In this document: in pieces, positions 50,986 to 61,160 of the stretch
Layout: each line of letters starts with the position of its first letter
Position numbering within the stretch: the stretch's first letter is position 1
Origin: Amphiscolops sp. MND2022
Taxonomy: Eukaryota
NCBI GenBank assembly: GCA_964187785.1
Contig: OZ076409.1
Location: forward strand, 27,406,001 to 27,470,000
Direction: 5' to 3'
Length of the DNA: 64,000 nt
The notes under the pieces: generated by a model
The model's input: the letters and a program-made list of their open reading frames with translations, nothing else
Told to the model about the DNA's origin: nothing
Database searches by the model: none
Made by a program: the position numbers and the translations under genes

Positions 50986-53900
50986 TTGATATAAAGGATC
51001 AGTAGATATATGAGAAAGTGGAGGATTTTTAGATCTTCTTTGAGGAGATTGTACGATTATTGAATAAAATGTTCTTTGATTTTTTAAAGGAAAATTACTT
51101 TGTGAGGAATTTGTTTGTAGTAAATGTGCGTATGGGTGTTGTGTCCTTTGATTATTATTAGGCTGAGAAATATTTTGAGTATTGTTTGTTTGAATATTTG
51201 TATTAAATTGTGGAAAAAGGAATAATTACATGGATCATAGTGTTGACTAGAAGTTTGTTGATTGTTATTATGATTATTTTCTGATTGAATTGTTTTATTC
51301 AACTGCTGAATATCATATCTAGTTCGAGTGGTATTTCGGGTATGATTATAAATAGTCCTTGTAGGTGATGAAACAATAACAGAAGTATCACGGGTAGAAG
51401 TTATATTTTGAGTTTCATCTTGTACTGTTTCATCTGAGTGAGTTGGAAGATTAAAGGTGATATTACGATGTGGAGACGTATCTACATATGATTGTGGGTC
51501 ATGTATGTTTTGTCTTGGGCTAACAACTCCAGTTGGAAATCTAACAAATTGAGAGTTTGTTGATAATTCAGTTTATGATTCCTTTTGTGCTGAAGTTGTA
51601 GATTCTGGAGTGGTATACTCACTGGGTATTGTTTTCATTTGTATGGAGTGCAATATTTTCATTTCGATTTTCATTTTGATTTTCAGGTATATATTTTTTA
51701 TTATTGTTGTCATCTTCTTCATGGTTATTGTCATTGTTGGTAAATAGGTTTTGTTGTTCTTGAATATTTTGTTCAAAACGATACGGTCTATTATCATCAT
51801 TAAAATTGTTTTCTGTAATTAAATGAGGATCAAAGGTAATGAGATCCATGGTTTGTTGTGTTATTTAATCTGGCTTGAAAAAGTAAGAATGTTCATTTTG
51901 TTTATTTATGTAAAATGATTATGAAGTGCTGTAAAAACAGGTTGATCTTGTTCTGACCATAATAGTTGATAATTGAATCTGAAATATTTCCTAAGAATTA
52001 AAGATATCACTTTAGTTTGAGGTATTGTTTGTTCGTCTAATGTTATATCTTTGAAATAATGATATAGCAAATTTTGTATTCTAAATATATCTGCTTGTAA
52101 CCAATGATGAGGGTTATTTTGAGTTGTAACTTTTCTTTCTAAATCGTCTACTTCGAAGTTGGGTATATATCGTTCAAGTTCTTCAAGTGCATTTGGGCTA
52201 TATTTCGGGTTTTCAAGTGCTAAGATGTGTTCTTTTACTCTATTTAGAAAAGCATAGAAAACTTCTTTAAGAGGAATTTGGAGATTAATTGGATTTATTG
52301 TTCTTCTGTATGTTTGAATAGAGGAGGTTTCTTGTTGCGGAAAAGTAATTTGGAAAGATGGATATTCTGTAGAAACAGTTGTAGATCTATGTCTAATACA
52401 GAAAAGGTATGTATCCAGATGTTCTCTAATAAGAGTAATTGTCTCAAGGGTATAGGGTTCGATCTCAAATGAGAGTGGTTGAGTATATTTGTAAACAATG
52501 TTATATAAATAGTGGTTTTATTTCAGTTTTGAATACTTTTGCATTGTTAATGTAAGTTATCTCAAAAGGTGAAGGGGAAGATATTGGGGAGTTCATGTTA
52601 GAGATTACTTCTTATTGTGGTAAGTATCTTTTCCAACAGGATGCAAAATAAGAATAAAACAGAAGTTGTATAGGTGGTGATAAGTATTGTTGTGGTAACT
52701 TTTTCCCACATTATAATAATAACACTAGGTGTAACAATGATTGTTTTATTGTGTATATGATAGTGATCAGAGGGGTTTTTAGTATAATATATTTTTTGTT
52801 AATATGTATGAAGTTATATTTTTGTTAGAAGTTTTAAGTTGGCGATCTTGGGTAAATTCGTTGTTGGTCTAAGAGATAGAAAAAGAGTTGTGCGTATTGT
52901 TGACCTAATCTTTCAAAGTCTTCAGTTGTAGGGTTAGAGATTGTACTGAGTTGATGTATAACTAAATGTGTAGGGATAATTAGTGAAGGAGTAAAAAGAG
53001 ATAAATTATCGGAAGTGTGATTATGTGTGTTTGAGTTCATATATTTTTTATAATATGAAATAAATATAAATTTGTTTGTGGTGTTGGTATTGTAAGTGAT
53101 AGAGAAGAAAGAAGCGGGTGCAATAGAATCTGTATTCAACCTCAAAGGATTGCTAACAGAAACTAAGTTGTGTTTTAAGTCTGGAAAAAATTAAAGTGTC
53201 TGACATAAGGCCACTGACACATCCGGTAAGAGTTGTATTTTAGAGCTGGACTTCAATTAAAGTGTCTAACATAAGGTTACTGACACGTCCAGAAAAGCTA
53301 AGAGAATTTTAATTTTAAAAAGTGTTGTGTGTTTTAAGACTAAGGGAGCGGAACTTCGAACAATCAACGTCCACTATCCAAAGTCGGATCAGTGCTGATC
53401 AAGATCAAAGTTTGATCTTTGTATGTTTTACTTTTACTTTTACTTCCTGAGAAATTCGAAGTTTCGAACGTAGTTCGGTGTCCTCTAGATTCTCCTTAAT
53501 GACGTTTGATTTGAGCTTAACTAAGGTGTTTAGTCAGCCTTAGAATCAGACTACGCAAGTTAAAACTAGGTAGGATCTGATTGTCTAAGTCTTACGGGAG
53601 GGAATAGGAATTGTGGGTGCCTGAAAGTAGAAAACTACCTTTACAGTGTGTTTTTTATTTGCATGTCCTTTTTTAGATTTTAGGGCAAAAAGCTGTGTTA
53701 AAATTTTATGTGTGGCTTTGTTAAAAGTAAATGTTTTGTGAAAATAGGTTAAAATTATTGAGTAGATTGAGAATTTTGTCGACAGAAGAATGGTAGGGAG
53801 ACTTGGTTACTTTTTATTGATATCTGATTCTAATTCAGAAAGTAAATTTTGAAGTTTTTTATCAAAAAATGGATCCAAAACGAAAGAATAAAAAATCCAG

Positions 53901-54525
53901 GTTTTCTGCCAACACGAAGTTGATCTTGGAACGTATGTGCTTATAGGTGAAAAGAGTTTAGCGTGCACTCAGTCAACTATTACACCAGGAGTCCAATTGA
54001 CGTTCAAGATAGCATGATTGAAGAATTTGTTTCCGTGACAAAGGTGTTAGAAAACCTTGATAAACCGGACAAAACTGTGTCAACAAGCTTCCGGATAGCT
54101 GTGATAAATAAGTATGGAGAACAGAACTGTGTCACTGTGGATAAATCAGTCTGAAGAGAAGAGCAGAACTGTGTCAGTATGGATAAATCAGTCTGGAAAT
54201 GTACCGTGTCAACGTGTAAGGAAACGTGATAAACCGGCAGGCAAGAAGAGCAAAAGAAGAACAGTGTCAACTTTTATAGAAAAACGTGATAAACCGGAAT
54301 TGGAAAAAATTTGTTATATTTCTGATGGAGAAATTTTTTGTCTAACAATGATGTATTTATTGAAGAAATTCAGAAACTCACAGACTAAATCTTCCAAGAA
54401 ATCTAGGAAATTTTCACTGCAATTGAAAAAAATTTCAAAGAGAAGGAGTGATAGGTGTTGTATTGATGAGAGAAGAGAAAGCATTCAGCGGAGAAAAGAA
54501 AAAATTTTTACAAGTCGCACTGAAT

Positions 54526-54801
54526 TGTGCTGCTTTAAAGAGTCCTTTATTTTTTGTTCATGGTCTATTCTAGATGTTACAGAACTAAGTTATCAGTAGG
54601 AGGCTAGCTAGCTAGTTGACTCTACTAAAGCTAGGAGGTCTGAAAAGAGGAATAAAATGGAAGTCTACTAAACACTGATTATTAGTTTTCTCTCTCTCTG
54701 AATGAGTAGAGTTTTACAGTCATTCAATATTAAATAAATATACATTCTAGAACATTCTATAAACATCTAAATACTATTGGTTATTAATGTAGGTCAGTAC
54801 A
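54526..54801 (-). repeat. 5' LTR of element C
   Basis: About 13 substitutions and one CT indel relative to 36412-36685. Confidence 0.92.
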
Positions 54802-55302
54802 TAAGTAAAGGGCGGTTTGTGACTATGCGTCAACTCAACTGCACTAAAGCACTGTGATTACCAGCAACACCATAAATATATGAACGCTATTGACAACGCG
54901 TCAACTAAACTGCAACAATGTGTCAGTTGACGCATTTTATTTAGCATTATGGCAAACATCAAATAAATATTGCGAGTACTTTCATGAGGTCAGCGTGACC
55001 TTAGGTCAAAACAATAGAATAACAATTTTCATGACTAAATGATCACTAAATTGGATTAACATTAACACTTTCATGTAAAACGATTTCCAACAATCATTGT
55101 TTGAGTTGTTTCAGTTTTTTCAATGGTAGCAGTCCAGGGCCGGGGTTGATTCGAAAGTTTACGGGCATGATTTGATATAATATGCCGTCACAGGCGGCAG
55201 CCTGCGATAAATACAAATAGGATTTTTTGCAAATCTTAGGATGTCACCAACCCTGATGATGTAATATTCTGACAGCAAACTTATCCAGACTCAACAAGTT
55301 GT

Positions 55303-55980
55303 CTAACCCACGAAAGCGTCTCCTTCCCTTTCGGCCAAATCAGCGCAGTCATAAGTTTCTGACTGGCGGTTGGTGATAAGGTAGACCCTGGTAGACTCGT
55401 CGGCATCATACCCACAGGTAGGATCTTCACCCCAGCTAGCGGCATCCACTGATAGGGTCTCTTGAGTGTGGAAGATGCATTTATCTTTAGCCTCCTGAAA
55501 TGAATTCATGCTACCACGGTGAAAACGAAGCATAATTGAGTCTGGATGAGAACAGGATATCGGGTACCTAAATCAATTGCAGTTATTAATGGGTGCTTGG
55601 TTTCTTACAAACCTCGTATTTACCTAAAGTCAGATCAAATTGAAAAAAGTGACATTGCACTACAAGGCAGTTGAAAAAAGTACGATCAACAGTAAGAAGG
55701 CAAATGCAAAAGAAGTTTGTTCATTACTAACAATATATTCGAATCCCACACAGCCATCGTTAGCTTCGTCCATGCATTTCTGAGAACAGTATGCCAAGTT
55801 TCCTTCGCCCTGTATCTTCCAGATCTGAGAGCCAGAACTCAAACAATGACATCTTACAATTCCATTCTTCTTGTCCGCAGCGGAGGAACTCAGAATAGCT
55901 TGGATGAACAAAATCGTCGTTACCAAAGCAGCTAATGAGCCATGGTACTTGGCAAAAGTCCAAACGTGTGAGCTGCACAT
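55303..55980 (-). CDS. Probable host gene: secreted PAN/Apple-domain protein (exons 55980-55732 and 55494-about 55303)
   Basis: Hydrophobic signal-like segment. Intron 55495-55731 (GTTAGT..TTTCAG) yields C..YCSQKCMDEANDGCVGFEYI|EAKDKCIFH, a PAN-like cysteine pattern. Confidence 0.62.
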
Positions 55981-56656
55981 TTTGGAATTAGCCCAAATTC
56001 GCGATGATTGAGGTTTTGTGCATAATCAGGAAGACACGTAAACAGTGGAAATGCCGTTTAAATTCAGATTGCAGCGATATTATCAATTATTCGAATATTA
56101 TGATTTAGCAGATCCGTTCGTAAAAGGCCAAAACTTTCCTCAGTTTTTTCTTGAAGTTTTTTTTACATTATCAGTCAACCATTAAAAAGTTGAGATCATG
56201 TCTACAGCAATACCCACCATAACTAGAATATAGGAGTGGCAATTTCAAGTTTTAGTAAGTTCATAGGAAGAGTCAAATTTTTTCGTGCGAATTTAGAAAA
56301 GTTTCAAAACTGAAAAATTTTGAAATCTGTGGCTCCAGAGCTTCCACATGTTTCCGCAGTCAAAAAGTGGGAAACTCGAAACTCGAATTGCCATCAATCG
56401 GAAGTTATCCCGAGAATGATCTACCAGGGGCCTCTCCTATCGATTCAAAAAATTCTACTGACTCCAAAAGTCTATATATTAGAGACAGGTGTTTCTGCGA
56501 TGAAAAACATGCTTCAATCTTTCGAATTTTGAACATCCAGATAAACTTTATGTTAAGTTTCGAACTAGATCCATTTAGCCTATATAGCCGATCTAATTCC
56601 AGAATGCTTTTCCAGAAGCATTTCCAGAATGCTTTTGCATATAAGCTACATATTAT

Positions 56657-57326
56657 CCCAGTGTAAAATATCTTGAAACTCTTGCCAAGATCTTGGATTT
56701 TCCCGCAAATTCCCGTTACCTCTTGAAACCCTTGATAAGATCTTGTTTATTCTTGCTTGACACAGAACTCTTGAAATTCTTGATAGGAATCTTGGTAAGA
56801 GTTTTATCAAGAGTGTCAAGAAAATAAATAACTTATTTCTACACTATCATTCTTTGAAGTATTGGATAAAAGACAACACAAAGTATTGAAATTCAGAACA
56901 TGATAGTTTGGTTGGTAGCGCGAACAGCCGTGGTAGAATAGGTACGCTGATCAAGCCGAAGTTGGCGTGGGTCTTTGTTTGTTTACACTCACTTTTGTTA
57001 GCTTTTCTCTTGAAACTCTTGGCAAGATTCTTGACATTTCTTGCATTTTCCCGGATTTCTTGGCAAGATTCTTGGCGTTTCTTGGATTTTCTTGGATTTC
57101 TTGACAAGTTTCTTGGTTTTTCCTGGAAGGTTTTTTGAACTAAAAACACTTTTTCTGCGTTTTTTCAGTCGAAAAAATTAGGCATTTTTCTTGAAGTTCT
57201 TGGCAAGATCTTGCAAGAATGTACATATTCTTGGCGCTCTTGGTAAGAATCTTGCCAAGATTCTTACCAAGAGTTTCAAGAATATGCAAGATTCTTGGCA
57301 AGAGTTTCAAGATATTTTACACTGGG
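56657..57326. mobile_element. Non-autonomous TIR element (670 bp), probably CMC/EnSpm-type
   Basis: Perfect 34-bp TIR CCCAGTGTAAAATATCTTGAAACTCTTGCCAAGA; AT on both sides; many subterminal TCTTG/CAAGA repeats. Confidence 0.85.
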
Positions 57327-58414
57327 ATATAATATTTATCTTGTATACATAAGCATTCTGGAAATGAATTTTGGACTGCGAAAATAATCATATCATAATA
57401 GACCCCAATTTGAACATAAAGTTTTGTTTTTCAATTTCAAGATCTCAAAGTTTTGCCCTTCTACGTAGTTCCGTCCTCTGTCTCAGAGGCTGCAGAGCGA
57501 CACGCCGCCAACAAGCAACCGTAGAGTCATCTATTAGTGCTATAGTTCACGATGGAGGCCTGTCATAAATCTGATAATCCCTCGGGTGCTTACCGTTTAA
57601 ATTTTGTGTCCAAATAAACCGAAGTATACTCCATTTTCTATTGATCATTCAAAATCACAACTTTAAGGTCAGATTGGGGTTTATTAAAAACATATTGCAT
57701 ATAATTCGCAGTAGGTTTTTCAGAACTTTTACGTTTTACATTCACTTTTGGGTGTAAAGGTGCATTTTGAAGGCTAGCTTCAGTAAAATATGACAACTGC
57801 AACGAACAGAAACTACATCAAAGTGTGCTGACAAATTCCGCACATTTGATGCAAATAGATCTGAAATGAAACTTTAATGAAACATATCCTACTGTAACAA
57901 GGAAAAGCTGGTCGTTCCGGAAACTTTGAAACGTCTTGATGGTGGCCGGAAGCTACTGAAACAACAAATTTTACCGGATCGTTCTGTTTCTCACCAGAAA
58001 ACATCTGGCCGGAGAAAATATTGCCACAATGTAGACCACAATACATGTAGCTGTGCACTTGTATATTGAGAGTTAACCATAACACAATAAATTGCTACGT
58101 TGCTGGGCTAACGATAAGATTTTTTCCATTATGAATTCTATCCAATGCAAAATTAAACAATACAAAATTTTTCCATCCGTTGTTTCCGTTGCAAACACCT
58201 GAAGTATTTGGAAATAATTTAAAAGGATACAGAACAATTTTTCCACCTTTTCATTATACTGCAATGTTCCGGATTTTGGAAACTTTAAAATGGAATTAAA
58301 ACTGTCACCATGTTTGTGGTGTGGATTAAATTGATAGCTATGAAAGCGTGTACTTCTTGAACTCCAAGTAAACATTTGTGTGTTTCAAACTCATACATTT
58401 CAGGGTGTTATTAT

Positions 58415-61160
58415 TTTGCGCCCATATTCTCTACGAGAAAGGAAAATATTTTAATCAAACGGTTTTTTTTCAAAACTTGTTGTTCCAAATGTTCCAAATA
58501 TGCATTCGAAATGAAGGTCGTCACACATAGAACTCAACTCATATAACTTTGGCTTCGCGCGATATTTGTAGAAAATTTTGGACACTTTTGGGTATGACCA
58601 ACATGACCACAGAATGACCCAAAATGACTCCAAAAATGACAAAAAGTCCGAAACCTCTCGATTATTAACGTTTTCATGCAAATTTTGTCGAATTTCCGAT
58701 AAACTTGATGGATAACAATGATAGAAACGTTCAATAAGGCAGGAATGCGTTATCTAGCAGTCTTTCATGAAAAAATGATAGAGTTTTCAAATTGTACAAC
58801 ATCTCAAATTTGCATCGAAATTGAAAAAAATCCAAAACTTTCCGATTTTAATTGTTTTTATGCAATTCTTTATCATTTTTTGACAGACTTTGTGGATTAG
58901 AATGTTGAAACTGTCAAAAAGGAAATCATTTGTCGTGAAGTAGGGTTAGTGAAGAGATAATGCAGTTTTTCAAAAAAAACTTGTTTCATTGAGAGCAAAA
59001 CTGTCTGTAGAATGGAGACCAAAAAGGACAAAAATGACAAAGTTTCCGAACTTTACTAATTTTCTTCATTTTATCGATAGACTTCGTGGACTAGAATGTT
59101 CAAACTGTTAAACAACAGAAGAGTTTATAACCAATATGATTTTGTTGGCAGACAATTACAGTTCGTGATATAAATTTGCCTCAAATTGACCCAGAAACTC
59201 TCAAAAAATCCTAAATTTTTCCAGTTTTTGTCGGTGTTTGAATTTTGAAAACGGCTAACAACGGTTGAACGCGTTATCCAGTAGGCGCTTTTGAAGACAC
59301 GCTTGCAGACTTCTGATAGAAACTGTTTCAAAATTGACTTGAAAAAGTCGAAAAGGTCTAAATTTTGCCGACTTTGAACATTTTACCTGAATTAATTAAC
59401 ATTAGGAACATTTGATTAAAAGAAGCTTAAAAGAGCTCGCGATGATCTAACTAGATTCCCAGCACGCGTGTTAGAAAAATTTGAAGTTTTAATTGTAGAA
59501 AATTACGTCAGAATGACACAAAATTCTCTGACGGCAAAAAACTCTTACTTTTTGAGTTTTGTGACATTTAAGCAGTTTTGGATCATTTTGAACAGCTTCA
59601 CTGCATACAATGGTTTGAAAACTCAGCAATGAGTAAACGCAGTAACCAGTAGACGTGCCTGAAGATAGAGTAACAAGTTTTAATTAAAAATCAGAATTGG
59701 CCACAAAAACCCCCGAAAACTCAAACATTCCTGACAAATTTTTCCCAAGTTTTGTCTAATTCACAAAAACTTCTAAAAATAGAACTTTCATTGACCTGAA
59801 CGTTGAAACAACAGGGTTGTTCAACTAAACACAGTTTGTGAAAAGACAATAAATAAAGTTCCTCTAATTTGCCAACAACAGTGTAAAAACTCCGAATGTT
59901 CTCAAGTTTCGACAAAATAGTCCCAATTTTGGACACTTTGCACGTGTTCATCCTAATTAGAAAATACAATGGGCTCAAGATTGTAACGTGAAGCTTCCGG
60001 TATTCTTTCGAAGATTTGTCAATCAACTTTATTTGAACAAATTCCAAAATTTTTTTCTCGAAAACGTTATTTTTTCTACAATTAATTTATCAAATAATTT
60101 TATACCCAAGGTGCTCCAAGGAAAAGCACTAGCCATGCAGTACGCTTTATCAACAAAAGTTCCCAATCAATAAAATTTCAAGTATCTTTCCAGATTGATT
60201 GTAAAAAAATCGGCAACTTCGTTGGTTAGAACTCTGAAACATTCAACGACAACTAAACTCGGTATCCAGTAGGCTTATTAGAAGAGGAGCTGTAAATTCT
60301 TGTTTAAAAAATCTTAAATTCCGAAGTTGTCGAAAAAAGCAAAACTCTTCAGTTTTTCAAGTTTCCTAATTGTGCTATGAACAATACTTCCAAACTTTAC
60401 CGAATTACCAGTGCCAAAAAACCGCAAGAATATCGCCTGAGACTCGGAAAACATTTTCCCCAACTGGAAACAGAAAAAAGTTCGTATTTCTAAAATGTTT
60501 TGCTTCAAGTTTTTGGAAACTTTTTTAATGCCAAAAATGATTTCTGCTCGCAAATTTATCTTTTTCAAGTTGAAACTAGCTAGGAAAACGTGGGGGTATC
60601 CTTCGACCAAATGGACATTTCAGAAAGGCGCGCAGAGCCAACAAAGGCGAAAAAAATGTTCTCCTCAATCATTAAGGAAATCCTCATTTCTACTGGATCG
60701 AAAAGTAACAAAGAGGCTACCCTCAACACTCGGGAAACAAATTACCTTTAATGGAAACTTTGAAAATCCAAAAACTGCGAAAGCAATGTGGAGTTACCTG
60801 AAAGTTTGAAGAGTTTTTGGTAGAACTGTTTCAAACAGACCAGATGTATAAAAAAACTGACGAAACGCCATGACTATAGTCGCTCTTTTCCGAAGAAAAG
60901 TCTCAGATAAAAATTTGGTTTGACAAGTGTTGGTATCCGCATAGTTCAACAACGAAATTATCAGGTACTCAGCGTCTTTAAAAAGTAGGAGTTTCCTTAT
61001 AAAATGGTGTAAATTGAATGAAAACTTTCTTTCCTTCGAACGTTGTTGCCATTTCATCGTGCATTGGGTACTCTTGAGCTTCAAGTTTATATCGTTGCGG
61101 TACCGTTTGCGGAAAATATCTCGCTGGTCAGCGAGCGTGTTGTTGAGCTAAATTTGGTAA
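58415..61160 (-). repeat. Second, inverted copy of the AT-rich dispersed repeat with internal tandem units
   Basis: Collinear reverse-complement similarity to 14630-16450 at both ends. Related pieces continue to about 62120. Boundaries approximate. Confidence 0.6.

Larger units (their letters stand above)
36412..54801 (-). mobile_element. Env-bearing Gypsy-like LTR element C (18.4 kb, decayed)
   Basis: LTRs 36412-36685 and 54526-54801, about 95% identical, minus-strand termini TGTACTG...CAGCACA. Order gag, PR, RT, RH, IN, env. No clear TSD. Confidence 0.9.
35354..55209 (-). mobile_element. Solo LTR related to element A, split by element C (parts 35354-36411 and 54802-55209, about 1466 bp in total)
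   Basis: TSD AATAC at 35349-35353 and 55210-55214. Termini TGTCG...CGATA (CGACA with one change). Contains an ORF similar to the LTR-encoded gag N-terminus of A. Right end resembles 13470-13494. Confidence 0.8.

Noticed and set aside
53166..54299. Repeat-spacer-like arrays as CRISPR
   Set aside because: Degenerate repeats, irregular spacing, eukaryotic retroelement context and no cas genes.
55261..55274. TGACA at 55270-55274 as the solo-LTR end
   Set aside because: Gives no TSD, whereas 55209 gives AATAC and matches the LTR end of A.
56847..57149. ORFs inside the CCCAGTG TIR element
   Set aside because: Products of TCTTG/CAAGA repeats with no transposase motif.
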